From an uncultured Gammaproteobacteria bacterium (lineage in GTDB: Bacteria; Patescibacteriota; Patescibacteriia; UBA9934; GWF2-40-263): a DNA stretch of 64,000 nt. Every line of letters begins with the position of its first letter. Position 1 is the first letter of the stretch. The DNA lies in contig CAYNRK010000001.1 of the NCBI GenBank assembly GCA_964399675.1, forward strand, positions 64,424 through 128,423. Reading direction: 5' to 3'. The position numbers were made by a program, and so were the translations under genes. Positions 1 to 11,018 of this stretch are shown here, piece by piece. A model generated the notes under the pieces. That model searched no databases. It was not told the origin of the DNA and saw nothing but the letters and a program-made list of their open reading frames with translations.

Positions 1-1
1 A

Positions 2-670
2 ATTAGCATAGGGATTGTTGTCTTTGTACTACCAAACATAACGGGAATTTTTGATGCATTAAGTATTGAATTACCTTTGCCAACAAAAATACTTTTGTTG
101 ATTGCTAATTTATTTGGAAACCACAGCCTTCTTGTTGTTCTGGGTCTTGGTGTTTTGATAATCCTTTTAGGGTTCATAAAAAGTTTCCCACCGTTAAAAC
201 CGTTTTTTCACCGTATTTTATTAGCTCTTCCTATTATCGGTGGAATTAGCCGCATGGTGAACTTAGCCAGACTAACGCGACTAATGGGCACAATGATAAA
301 AAGTGGCATGTCAATTGATGACACACTTCCCTTGGGTAAAACAGTTCTTAAAAATGCTCAGTACAGAAAAATGATAACAAAGATGGAAAAAGAAATTGCT
401 CAAGGAAATACAATGTCGTCTGTACTGGAACAGTATCCTTTTTTAATACCACCAATGGCAATGCGTATTATTTATGTTGGAGAACAATCAGGAACACTTG
501 AAGAGATGATGCTTTATTTGGCTGATTTTTATGAACAAGAAGTTGATGAGCTAACACAAAATCTTTCAACAATTGTTGAGCCGTTTTTGTTGATTTTTAT
601 TGGTGTGCTGGTGGGAGGTCTTGCACTTTCAATACTTATGCCAATTTATCAGGTTGTGGGAAGTTTTTAA
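2..670 (+). CDS. pilC: Type IV pilus assembly protein PilC / GspF-family platform protein (5' end outside window)
   Basis: Open frame from window start; ...LPLPTKILL..., GspF/T2SSF-type C-terminal repeat with hydrophobic segments; followed by a pilin operon. Confidence 0.7.
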   Translation: MSIGIVVFVLPNITGIFDALSIELPLPTKILLLIANLFGNHSLLVVLGLGVLIILLGFIKSFPPLKPFFHRILLALPIIGGISRMVNLARLTRLMGTMIKSGMSIDDTLPLGKTVLKNAQYRKMITKMEKEIAQGNTMSSVLEQYPFLIPPMAMRIIYVGEQSGTLEEMMLYLADFYEQEVDELTQNLSTIVEPFLLIFIGVLVGGLALSILMPIYQVVGSF

Positions 671-671
671 T

Positions 672-1163
672 ATGAGGCATGGATTTACAACTCTTGAGCT
701 GCTTGTGGTAATGACCATAGTTTTAATTGTTTTTGGAATATCTTTTTTTGCAGTAACTCAGGTTCAGCGAGGGATATCACTTGAAACAGCAGACATTGCC
801 GTGATCGATGTGCTTACAACTGCCAATCGTAGGGCCAGGGCTGGTGAGCAGCAATCTTCATGGGGAGTATATTTTCCATATAATGAGACCACACGCACAG
901 CCAATGAGCTTCTTGTTTTTTCTGGAAATAGTTATGCTACAAGAGATGTGGCATTTGATATTTCATATCAAATGCCTGAGACAACTTTATTTGATTATAT
1001 TGATTTAAGTGGTGCAGGATCATCTTCAGGAAATGATCACGAAATTGTATTCAGTGCGCTTTCCGGAGCAACATCGCAATACGGATATTTAATATTAAAA
1101 AGTCTTGAAGCAACACGGACCATTACTGTTACTGAGGAGGGGGTAGTAACTAGAGAATTTTAA
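672..1163 (+). CDS. Prepilin-type N-terminal cleavage/methylation domain pseudopilin
   Basis: N-terminus MRHGFTTLELLVVMTIVLIV = class III signal peptide (G-F-T-L-E followed by hydrophobic helix); start chosen at this Met rather than the upstream in-frame extension. Confidence 0.7.
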   Translation: MRHGFTTLELLVVMTIVLIVFGISFFAVTQVQRGISLETADIAVIDVLTTANRRARAGEQQSSWGVYFPYNETTRTANELLVFSGNSYATRDVAFDISYQMPETTLFDYIDLSGAGSSSGNDHEIVFSALSGATSQYGYLILKSLEATRTITVTEEGVVTREF

Positions 1164-1183
1164 TGATTCCACAAGTCCACAAT

Positions 1184-2038
1184 ATGGAAAAAGGTTTTAC
1201 AATGCTTGAGTCAATTCTGGCAATTGGGCTTGCAATAGCGTTTTTGGCCGGTTCGGTTTCTTTGGTTATTATTGCAAATCAGGGAAGTTCAGAAGCTCTT
1301 CAAAGACAGCGTGCTGTTTGGGCAGCTCAAGAAGGGCTTGCAGCATTGAGTACAATCGCGTGGGATGATTTGGTTGCCACAGAAACCGGTGATCTGACTT
1401 TTGCAGCAAATGAATGGTCGCTCTCGACTAATGGGCCAGAAGAATTAGAAAATGGGCTTTCTCGTAATGTAAAGGTTCAGGCGGTTGAAAGAGATGTTGA
1501 TTGTGATGTATCAGAAGGTGGATCAACAGATATTGATAGTTACTTTTTAGAAAGTTCAGTTGGCTGGACAGACAATTTGGGCAAAGCACAAACAGTTACT
1601 TTTCGAAGTCTCCGTACTGATTGGGGTTTGCCAATGGGGGACTGTTTTGCTCCAGCTTCGGAATACGTAACTGTAAATACCGCTGGTGCTAATTGGCACG
1701 GTGGGAAACAGCTACGTGATATTTTTGTATCCAATTCTCACACTGAAAAGGAATTTGAGATCGATAAAATAACTTTTACTTGGGATAATCCAAATTTGAT
1801 TGAGCAAGTATTTGTTGATAGTGATAAATTCTGGGCTCGTAATGGACCGGGAACCCCAGCAGGACGTCAACCTTCAGGGACATTACTTGATGGAGAAGAT
1901 GAGGATATTGAGGATGAAGAAACTTTTAAAATTCATAAAGTTCAGTTTACAGAGGATATGACTGGAACAACAATTACAATCAAGATTGATTTTACAGATG
2001 GCTCAAGTATTACAACCGATCCATTTATACCGGGATAA
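1184..2038 (+). CDS. Prepilin-type pseudopilin (large)
   Basis: MEKGFTMLESILAIGLAIAFL prepilin N-terminus; operon context. Confidence 0.65.
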   Translation: MEKGFTMLESILAIGLAIAFLAGSVSLVIIANQGSSEALQRQRAVWAAQEGLAALSTIAWDDLVATETGDLTFAANEWSLSTNGPEELENGLSRNVKVQAVERDVDCDVSEGGSTDIDSYFLESSVGWTDNLGKAQTVTFRSLRTDWGLPMGDCFAPASEYVTVNTAGANWHGGKQLRDIFVSNSHTEKEFEIDKITFTWDNPNLIEQVFVDSDKFWARNGPGTPAGRQPSGTLLDGEDEDIEDEETFKIHKVQFTEDMTGTTITIKIDFTDGSSITTDPFIPG

Positions 2039-2044
2039 TTTGTT

Positions 2045-2617
2045 ATGAAGCAAATTCGTACAAAACAAGCAAGACGAGGATTTACTCTTATTGAGACCAT
2101 TATTTATATTGGGCTTCTTGCGATTATACTTCCAATGCTTTCTTTGTCGCTTCTACGTTTGAATGAACAATTTAATCTTATTGATCCCAGAACAAGAATG
2201 GAGCAAAAAGCTTCTCTTGTTCTTTCAGAACTTACAAACGAACTTACAAACGCTGAGTCAATTGATATAACAAATTCAACATTTGGAACTGATACAAGCG
2301 TGCTTGTGTTTAAGGATGACAATTCACAAACGATTATTTTGGACACTGAAGAGTTCACAGAAGATTTTTCTGAGGTTGAACAAACAGTCAGGCGTCTTAG
2401 AATTCAACGAGGTGTTGATCCCGCTGTTTTATTAAGTGACAAAGATATGACGGTAGATAAGTGGAATATTCAGGCAGTGAGAAATTCCTCAGGCACATTA
2501 ACAGGTCTTCGAATTAATCTTGAGTTTGATATGTTGGATGAAACAGGTGTTTATCAAAGTGCTTCTTTTGATGCAACAACAACAATTGCTCTTCAGTCTC
2601 GTACAACAGAACTATGA
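2045..2617 (+). CDS. Prepilin-type pseudopilin
   Basis: RRGFTLIETIIYIGLLAIIL prepilin N-terminus. Confidence 0.65.
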   Translation: MKQIRTKQARRGFTLIETIIYIGLLAIILPMLSLSLLRLNEQFNLIDPRTRMEQKASLVLSELTNELTNAESIDITNSTFGTDTSVLVFKDDNSQTIILDTEEFTEDFSEVEQTVRRLRIQRGVDPAVLLSDKDMTVDKWNIQAVRNSSGTLTGLRINLEFDMLDETGVYQSASFDATTTIALQSRTTEL

Positions 2618-3015
2618 GCATGAAACAATCATTAATTACAAACCAAAAAGGTGCTGTTCTGTTTTTTACAGTCCTGATTCTCGCAACCGCATCTTTTGCT
2701 GCTCTTCTTGCGCTTTCAAGAGGCAGTATTGATTCATTTGTAGACTCATATACACACGAACGTTCAATTGTGACAAAACAAAATCTTATGGGCTGTATGG
2801 ATGAGCTGCTTATCAATTTTACTCTTGAGGAAGATTATTTAACCAACAGTATTGATATTTTAGAAGCTCAGTGCAATGTCACAATCACAACTCCCGGAGC
2901 TGGCCAGAGAGTTGCCGTAATCACACTCACAGAAGAAAACCTCACCCGCGGCATACGAGTTGAGTTTACTGTCGAACCGGTTGTAGTAACTCGGGTTATT
3001 GAGTCATATAATTAA
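2614..3015 (+). CDS. Minor pilin-like / hypothetical protein with N-terminal hydrophobic helix
   Basis: 4-bp overlap with upstream pilin gene; N-terminal TM helix but no canonical GFTLIE motif. Confidence 0.4.
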   Translation: MSMKQSLITNQKGAVLFFTVLILATASFAALLALSRGSIDSFVDSYTHERSIVTKQNLMGCMDELLINFTLEEDYLTNSIDILEAQCNVTITTPGAGQRVAVITLTEENLTRGIRVEFTVEPVVVTRVIESYN

Positions 3016-3065
3016 TTTTTTCTAGAGTCTTGTAGATTTTCAAGATCAATATATACTAAAGATGT

Positions 3066-3392
3066 ATGGCAAATGAAAATACAACAACAGATGAAATCAT
3101 GGATTTCCTTCAAGACAACATGGTTGTTAAAGGAGAATTTAATGAGTTTAGGGAAGAAGTAAACGAACGGTTTGAAAAAGTAGGAAGGGATATGAGAACA
3201 CAGAAGTTAGAAATCCTTGATGCCATTGACGATAAGCTTGCTTACTTAAAAGGCGATCTTGTTATTATGATGCGCAAAGAAGACAAGAAAGTGACTGAAT
3301 TGATCAGGGTTCTAGCTCAGAAAGATATGTTAAGTCCGGAAGAGACAGCAAGATTGCTCGAGATTCAGCCGTTTCCTCAGTCGTCGGTTTAA
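3066..3392 (+). CDS. Hypothetical coiled-coil protein
   Basis: ORF with charged/coiled-coil composition; host-like AT-rich codon usage. Confidence 0.4.
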   Translation: MANENTTTDEIMDFLQDNMVVKGEFNEFREEVNERFEKVGRDMRTQKLEILDAIDDKLAYLKGDLVIMMRKEDKKVTELIRVLAQKDMLSPEETARLLEIQPFPQSSV

Positions 3393-3509
3393 ATGATTTG
3401 GATATTGTAAAAAACACATCCTTGTTGGGGTGTGTTTTCTGATTGAAATAAATAGAAGACCAGCGGTACTTTTCGATTGCTCGAATTCCCCGCTGGTATC
3501 GTTTGTGGT

Positions 3510-3713
3510 TCACTTTTCATTCGCCGCCAACACCCCGAAGATGATGCGCACCATGGCGGTGAAGGAAAAGAAGAAAACAATCATGGCAACCATCAGATGC
3601 CAGTCGTGTTTTTCTCCTCCGTTCAGGTAGACGAGCAGGTTTGCAGTCAGCCACGGCGGGAGAAGCCCCACAGCAAACGCAACAGGAATCAGCCAGACGC
3701 GTTTGTTTTTCAT
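3510..3713 (-). CDS. Small membrane protein (GC-rich islet)
   Basis: AAGGAG SD 6 nt upstream of the ATG on the minus strand; two TM segments; local GC ~55%. Confidence 0.35.
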   Translation of the reverse strand: MKNKRVWLIPVAFAVGLLPPWLTANLLVYLNGGEKHDWHLMVAMIVFFFSFTAMVRIIFGVLAANEK

Positions 3714-3732
3714 TTTTCTCCTTTTTTGTTGA

Positions 3733-3879
3733 TACTAGTAACCAGACCGCCACGCGCTAAAGTATCCGGCGCAGATACCGACAATCACCGCAAAGACCAA
3801 ATAGCCAATAACGATGGCCGAGATGTACACGACGCGTCTGAAGCGCGCAACTTTTTCGTCAACGAGTTTGGTTTCCACC
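3733..3879 (-). CDS. Small tail-anchored membrane protein (GC-rich islet)
   Basis: GTG start preceded by AAGGAG; C-terminal TM helix (VYISAIVIGYLVFAVIVGICAGYF). Confidence 0.3.
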
Positions 3880-3918
3880 GTCTTCTCCTTTGTTGTCACC
3901 ATCTAGGAGGTATATCAT

Positions 3919-4113
3919 GTGACTCACAGCCATGCTTGCAACACCCACCCTCAGAAGTACGACGAATACAGTCGGCGAATCAATGAGAAGACCGACAAAC
4001 AGGGTGCCGAAAAAGACAGTAGCACCAAAGCACAAGAGAACTTGGCTGATTTTTTTTCATTCCCTTCCCTCCTTTTTAGTTCGCCAACATCGCAAGCATT
4101 GCACCACCGCTAG
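3919..4113 (+). CDS. Small hydrophilic hypothetical protein
   Basis: GTG start 8 nt after a perfect AGGAGG SD; no similarity recognised. Confidence 0.25.
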   Translation: MTHSHACNTHPQKYDEYSRRINEKTDKQGAEKDSSTKAQENLADFFSFPSLLFSSPTSQALHHR

Positions 4114-4300
4114 TTACGATTGCTGCCACAAGCGTGCGTGCCCGGAGCAGGAACCAGAAGTCCCGCTCGTCACGGTCTGCCAATGTTCGTTGAATCCGTT
4201 CGTTCTTGACGCGGACGACGACATGGGCAACGAATGTCATCATAGCGAGCCAGAACAGGGCGTTCATCGCGAACATTCTCATTTCTGGTGTAGGTGTCAT
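4076..4300 (-). CDS. Small membrane protein (GC-rich islet)
   Basis: Hydrophobic N-terminal half, Arg-rich tail; start uncertain. Confidence 0.3.
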   Translation of the reverse strand: MTPTPEMRMFAMNALFWLAMMTFVAHVVVRVKNERIQRTLADRDERDFWFLLRARTLVAAIVTSGGAMLAMLAN

Positions 4301-4491
4301 GGATGTAACCTTCTTGTTGTAAGTGGTTGTGTCGATTACACCTTTACTTAATTGTAAAGAACACAGTATGATTACATGTTTCATAATTATTGTTAATAAT
4401 ATTTACTAAATAAGGCTTTGTTTTTAGCTAACTTGACAACAATATCAATACATGCTTTACTGCCTGTAAATAATTTCTACAACAAAAAGCT

Positions 4492-5220
4492 GTGTTGCAA
4501 GAGTTCATAAACAACTTTTATCTAAATGAAAAAGAAGCCAAAGTTTATTTGGCCACTTTGGAATTAGGCAGAAGCAGAGTCAGCAGAATCGCTAAAAAAG
4601 CAGGTTTAAATCGTATTACTGCCTATGAAGTACTCAAACGACTTACGGAAATGGGAATTGCTCAAAGTGCGATGTACAGCGGCATACAAACCTTTACAGT
4701 CGTGTCGCCGGAGATACTTGTAGAGAAAATGGAAAGCAGGCTCGCGGTTGCAAAGAACGTTTTGCCAGAACTTTCTTTACTCGCCGCGTCAAAAGCGCAT
4801 AAACCCGCGATCATGTTTTACGAAGGTGCAGAAGGTATTCGAAGCATCTATGAAGACTCACTCACCTGCAAAGAAAAAATCATTTTGAATGTAGCGCACC
4901 CACAAAATCTACTCAAAACGATCGGCAAAGATTTTTTTGCGCAATATGTGAAAAAACGAGTGAGACGCAATATCCAAGTGAACGTATTGCTACCTGATAC
5001 TCCAGAAAACAAAAAATTCAAGCGGGAAGTGAAGTCAGCCATGCGGCAAATAAAATTTTTTGATAACAAAAAATATCTATTACCAAACGAGATATTGATT
5101 TATGATAACAGAATCGCACTCCTCTCTTTTTCTGCGCTTATTGGCGTTGTTGTTGAAGACAAAGACATTGCACAATCAATGAAGTCATTGTGGCAAATGG
5201 TTTGGAACCATATTGGTTGA
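4492..5220 (+). CDS. TrmB-family transcriptional regulator
   Basis: N-terminal winged-HTH LNEKEAKVYLATLELG typical of TrmB family; GTG start. Confidence 0.6.
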   Translation: MLQEFINNFYLNEKEAKVYLATLELGRSRVSRIAKKAGLNRITAYEVLKRLTEMGIAQSAMYSGIQTFTVVSPEILVEKMESRLAVAKNVLPELSLLAASKAHKPAIMFYEGAEGIRSIYEDSLTCKEKIILNVAHPQNLLKTIGKDFFAQYVKKRVRRNIQVNVLLPDTPENKKFKREVKSAMRQIKFFDNKKYLLPNEILIYDNRIALLSFSALIGVVVEDKDIAQSMKSLWQMVWNHIG

Positions 5221-5293
5221 CGATTTCCAAAATTCACGGTAAAACAGTATTTTTTTTGGTCTCTGGCTCCTATATGATAAAATTAGAATACCT

Positions 5294-6577
5294 ATGAAAA
5301 AAACCGTAATTGAAAGAAAGCAGGAGAAAATATTGAGCAGGTCAGCGCGTCGTGAGCATGTTCAGGATTTAATTAAAATGACGCCAACTGGAAAGGGGGA
5401 TAATCTTTTAGGAAATCTACTTGATCAACTTTTGTTATTTGCTCATCAGTCCAGGGCTTCGGATATTCATTTTGAACCTATTCGAGAAAAGGGGATTATT
5501 CGAAATCGGATAGATGGTTTTTTACAAGATGAGTTCGAGCTTGATCTATCTTTGCATCACAGATTAATATCTCTTATCAAAGTGCACGGACGTCTTCGTA
5601 CAGACGAGCACCGTGTTGCACAAGATGGGCGTCTTTGGTTTGAAACACCTTCTGGAAATGTTGATGTTAGAATATCTTTGATCCCTGTTGAAGACGGAGA
5701 AAGATGTGTTTTAAGATTGCTTTCAAGTGAATCAAAAAGTTTTGGTCTTTCTTCTTTGGGATTGGTTGATTCAGATCTGGCTCGGATAAAACAATCCATT
5801 GATCAGCCATGGGGAATGATACTGACAACCGGGCCAACTGGTTGTGGAAAGACAACAACAATATATTCCTTATTGCAACTTTTAAATTCAAGGCAGTTTA
5901 ATATTGCCACTGTTGAAAATCCGGTAGAGTATTACATTTCCGGAATAAACCAGAGCCAGGTTGATCTAAACGCAGGATTCTCTTTTGCCGATGGGCTAAG
6001 GGCAATAATGCGACAAGATCCTGATATAATAATGGTTGGAGAGATTCGAGATATTGAAACAGCAAAAATTGCAGTAAATGCAGCCCTTACAGGACACAGG
6101 ATGTTTTCAACGCTTCATACAAACAATGCGTCTGCAGCAATTCCAAGACTTTTGGATCGAGGTGTTGAACCTTTTCTTGTTGCATCAACATTGATTTGCG
6201 CTGTTGGCCAACGTCTCTTACGCAAGGTGTGTTCGGATTGTTGGTCAAGTAAACCGTTTCAAAAAGAAAAAGCAGAAAAGATTTTTACTCAAAGTGCAAT
6301 AAAAACAATGTTTGGGAAACAGCAAACAATCGCGGTTGCTCAAGCGGTTGGATGTCCAAATTGTAACAACACAGGGTACAAGGGAAGGGTTGGGATGTTT
6401 GAGGTGCTAATGGTTTCGCCACAGATTCAAGATTTAATAATTTCACGCGCATCATCTAAACAGATTCAAGATCAAGCGATTAAAGAAGGCATGACTACTA
6501 TGTATGAAGATGCAGTGAGAAAGGTTCTGTCTCTTGAAACTTCAATTGAAGAATTTGTTAGGGTTATGTATATATGA
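5294..6577 (+). CDS. Type II/IV secretion-system ATPase (PilB/GspE family, short form)
   Basis: Walker A GPTGCGKTT, Asp/His boxes, C-terminal tetracysteine CSDCW...GCPNCNNTGYKGR. Confidence 0.85.
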   Translation: MKKTVIERKQEKILSRSARREHVQDLIKMTPTGKGDNLLGNLLDQLLLFAHQSRASDIHFEPIREKGIIRNRIDGFLQDEFELDLSLHHRLISLIKVHGRLRTDEHRVAQDGRLWFETPSGNVDVRISLIPVEDGERCVLRLLSSESKSFGLSSLGLVDSDLARIKQSIDQPWGMILTTGPTGCGKTTTIYSLLQLLNSRQFNIATVENPVEYYISGINQSQVDLNAGFSFADGLRAIMRQDPDIIMVGEIRDIETAKIAVNAALTGHRMFSTLHTNNASAAIPRLLDRGVEPFLVASTLICAVGQRLLRKVCSDCWSSKPFQKEKAEKIFTQSAIKTMFGKQQTIAVAQAVGCPNCNNTGYKGRVGMFEVLMVSPQIQDLIISRASSKQIQDQAIKEGMTTMYEDAVRKVLSLETSIEEFVRVMYI

Positions 6578-7494
6578 AAAAATTTGACTTCTTTCACAGC
6601 CTTAGTATTCAGTACAAAATTTTAATTGGATTTCTTGCGATTTTATTGATTACAAATGTAATTGGGATATTATCGTCATTTTCAATACAAAAACCAGAAG
6701 GTGACTTATTGGTTTTTAGTGAAAGTACTTTGCAAAAAATGAATACATTTCCCAGGTATAAAGATTCATTAAACGCGGCGGTTATTTCATCTTTGGAAGT
6801 GGTGAATAAAGCAGAAAAAAAGGAGCAGGCTCTTGACCAGATTGCAAAGGCGCAGCAGCACATGTATTTCTTTACAAGCAAACTTAAGGACACTGACAAC
6901 AATTTAACTGAAAGAATTGTTGAGTCGTTTACGGCTCTGAGTAATGAGTTAACAGAATTGGTTGAGTTGGCAGATCCGGATGGATATAGAAACGAACGCG
7001 CAGTATCAGCACAAGTCAAAGCTGCGCAGTTAGCTTATGCAAACACCCAAAGGATCAACCTGGATATTGTTGATAGAAATATTGCTCAAGAACAAAAGTT
7101 GTCACAGCTCTTTAATGAACAAGATCTTTCAAGAACTTCAAATGTTAATTGGTTGCTGCTAACACTTTTATTGGTTTTATTGGTTGGTCTTTCGTTGATT
7201 CTAACCGAAGTAATTTCCAAGCCAATTAACAGAATTCGTGTTGCAGTTGAAGAAATGGCAAAAGGTAATTTTACAGAAGCCATTGAGTTGTCATCAAAAG
7301 ATGAGATTGGTGAACTTGCAAGTTCATTTAAGCTGATGCGGGAGCAGATGCGGGTTTCACGTGATAATCTAGAACACAAAGTAAAAGAGAGAACAAAAGA
7401 ACTTGAAAACGCAATGACAGATCTTGAGCAAAAAGTTAAGGATCGAACGCGTGTGCTTGAGGAAGCATTGCAGAATTCGCAGAAAAGGAAGTAA
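6574..7494 (+). CDS. HAMP-domain membrane protein
   Basis: N-terminal TM, second TM followed by HAMP-like linker (PINRIRVAVEEMAKGNFTEAIE...DEIGELASSFKLM) and coiled coil; no kinase/MCP domain. Confidence 0.5.
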   Translation: MKKFDFFHSLSIQYKILIGFLAILLITNVIGILSSFSIQKPEGDLLVFSESTLQKMNTFPRYKDSLNAAVISSLEVVNKAEKKEQALDQIAKAQQHMYFFTSKLKDTDNNLTERIVESFTALSNELTELVELADPDGYRNERAVSAQVKAAQLAYANTQRINLDIVDRNIAQEQKLSQLFNEQDLSRTSNVNWLLLTLLLVLLVGLSLILTEVISKPINRIRVAVEEMAKGNFTEAIELSSKDEIGELASSFKLMREQMRVSRDNLEHKVKERTKELENAMTDLEQKVKDRTRVLEEALQNSQKRK

Positions 7495-7543
7495 GCAGGG
7501 CTTGCTAAATAAGGTTTTTTTTGTTATCTTTAGGCGGCATTGT

Positions 7544-7620
7544 GGGCATGTAGCTCAGGTGGTTAGAGCGCATCCCTGATAAGGATGAGGTCGGAGGTTC
7601 GAGTCCTCCCATGCCCACCA
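7544..7620 (+). tRNA. tRNA-Ile (anticodon GAU)
   Basis: Cloverleaf with acceptor GGGCATG/CATGCCC, anticodon loop CTGATAA, T-loop TTCGAGT, encoded CCA. Confidence 0.9.
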
Positions 7621-7625
7621 CAATT

Positions 7626-7700
7626 GCCGAGGTAGCTCAGTGGTAGAGCAGTGGACTGAAAATCCACGTGTCGAGAGTTCAATTCTCTCCCTCGGCACCA
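7626..7700 (+). tRNA. tRNA-Phe (anticodon GAA)
   Basis: Acceptor GCCGAGG/CCTCGGC, anticodon loop CTGAAAA, T-loop TTCAATT, encoded CCA. Confidence 0.9.
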
Positions 7701-7760
7701 TGAAAAAGCAGTCACTTAATTGTGGCTATTTTTTCATGAATAAAAACAAGCAACCAAAAA

Positions 7761-7790
7761 CAGCCGGTTTAAAACGGCTGTTTTTCATTT
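7761..7790 (+). terminator. Rho-independent terminator after the tRNA pair
   Basis: CAGCCGGTTTAAAACGGCTG hairpin followed by TTTTTC. Confidence 0.5.
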
Positions 7791-7916
7791 GTCTACTTTG
7801 TGATTGCAATGTTACTCCGAATATTTATCCGGCCTGAAGGCCGGATTCTGATTAATCTGAAAGACTAATCTCGACCTAAGACTATGTACCCAACTTTCGT
7901 TGAGCAAATATCCCTA

Positions 7917-9415
<1,499 letters not shown>

Positions 9416-9781
9416 AACTTTGATTTTTGAATCAAGCTCTGTCACCCTCTAAGCATTTTGCAAAGAGGGGTTGTAACCCGCCGTCGCTCCTTTGGAGCTA
9501 TGGCGGATAAAGGAATAACGTTGCAATCACACAATAGACAATTGTTTCATGTGTAATTGTTTGTAATAGACAGCCAATTGCTTTGGTTGAGCAAATGGCT
9601 TGGAATGGTATTTGGTTGTAATGATCAAGCGCCTGATTTTACAGCTCATTTTAAAACTCACTTGAGCGGATGCTCATAGTGAGTCGCTGAGCTAAGCCAA
9701 ATTGTGAAACCATCAGGTGGCAGCATTTTAGGAAATTATGGAAAACCTGTCAAGCCCCTTTGGGGAGTAGTTGTGGGAGGA

Positions 9782-9810
9782 TTGACATAAGGGTCAAAAT
9801 CAGGTATACT
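9782..9810 (+). promoter_or_regulatory. Consensus sigma70 promoter for the KH-trmD-pyrD operon
   Basis: TTGACA-17 nt-TATACT. Confidence 0.5.
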
Positions 9811-9917
9811 AAGCACCGTTAGTCACTGTATGTCCGGCACGCAACCATGCTTGTATAGGTCGACGGGCGAAAAGACAGTGACCACATTTAGTAGCGATAA
9901 CAACTGATGTAATAGTT

Positions 9918-10268
9918 ATGGCAGACCAAGAAATGGACCAAGCGTTTGTTGAATACATTGTCAGAGGCATTGTCAATCATCCGGATGATGTTAGGACAGA
10001 ACGTATTGTTGACGAGCGTGGCGTTCTCATCACTCTTCATATCAATCCAGAAGACATGGGATACGTTATTGGTCGACAGGGTCAGACAGCTCGTGCTATT
10101 CGAACTTTGCTCAAGATTGTTGGTGCAAAAGCAAATGCTCGCGTTAACCTCAAGATCTATGAGCCAGAAGGTTCACGACGTTCGTTTGAACGACGTGAAG
10201 ATTCTCGCGAGGAACCTTGTGAAAGTTCAACTGTAGATGAGGCGTCTGTAGACGATCTGGGAATCTAA
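9918..10268 (+). CDS. KH-domain RNA-binding protein (YlqC/UPF0109-like)
   Basis: VIGRQGQTARAIRTLLKIV = KH GXXG motif; this family classically sits between rpsP and trmD. Confidence 0.7.
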   Translation: MADQEMDQAFVEYIVRGIVNHPDDVRTERIVDERGVLITLHINPEDMGYVIGRQGQTARAIRTLLKIVGAKANARVNLKIYEPEGSRRSFERREDSREEPCESSTVDEASVDDLGI

Positions 10269-10318
10269 ACTAGATCAAAGAAAAAAAATCAGCTATGCTA
10301 GTCATAGTTGATTTTTTT

Positions 10319-11017
10319 ATGAAAAACAAAAAACTACAATTTGACGTGATAACTATCTTTCCCAAAATGATTGATTCTTATGTTTCTGAGTCGATTCTTG
10401 GCCGTGCTCAGAAAAAGAAGTTGATTAAAGTTAAGGCTCACAACTTACGTGATTTTACTTCAGACAAACATAAAACAGTTGATGACACACCTTATGGTGG
10501 CGGGCCTGGCATGTTGATGAAAGTCGAGCCTTTTGATAAAGCAATTAGAAAAATTAGAAGTTCCCCCCTTTTCAAGGGGGGATCAAGGGGGGTTAGCAGT
10601 AGGAAAAAAACTCGAGTCATTATCACTTCGGCTTCTGGAAAAACATTCACTCAAAAAGATGCAAAGCGTCTTGCCAAATATGACCAGCTAATTTTTCTTT
10701 GCGGCAGATACGAAGGAGTTGATCATCGTGTTGAAGAGAATCTTGCTGATGAGTCATTATCAATTGGGGAGTATGTGCTAACAGGAGGGGAATTGCCAGC
10801 GCTTGTTATGATTGATGCAATTTCAAGAATGGCGCCAGGTGTTTTAGGTTCAAAAGCTTCGCTTGAAACAGAGTCACATTCAAAAGAAGGCTTGCTTGAA
10901 TATCCTCAATTTACCAAACCGGAAGTTTACAAAAAAATGAAAGTTCCAGAAGTGTTGCTTAGCGGACACCATAAAGAGATTGAGAATTGGAAGCGCAAGC
11001 ACGAGCATAATAAATAA
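10319..11017 (+). CDS. trmD: tRNA (guanine37-N1)-methyltransferase TrmD, with a 14-aa in-frame insertion from a GC hairpin element
   Basis: FDVITIFPKMI..., YGGGPGM, LFLCGRYEGVDHRV, LSIGEYVLTGGELPA motifs; start set at the Met preceding KLQFDVITIFP. Confidence 0.88.
   Translation: MKNKKLQFDVITIFPKMIDSYVSESILGRAQKKKLIKVKAHNLRDFTSDKHKTVDDTPYGGGPGMLMKVEPFDKAIRKIRSSPLFKGGSRGVSSRKKTRVIITSASGKTFTQKDAKRLAKYDQLIFLCGRYEGVDHRVEENLADESLSIGEYVLTGGELPALVMIDAISRMAPGVLGSKASLETESHSKEGLLEYPQFTKPEVYKKMKVPEVLLSGHHKEIENWKRKHEHNK
10561..10597 (+). repeat. GC-rich hairpin mini-element (C6-N7-G6...GGGGGGTTAG) inserted in-frame in trmD
   Basis: TTCCCCCCTTTTCAAGGGGGGATCAAGGGGGGTTAGC; near-identical copy at 57023-57060, related copy at 20725-20762. 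Confidence 0.6.
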
Positions 11018-11018
11018 T

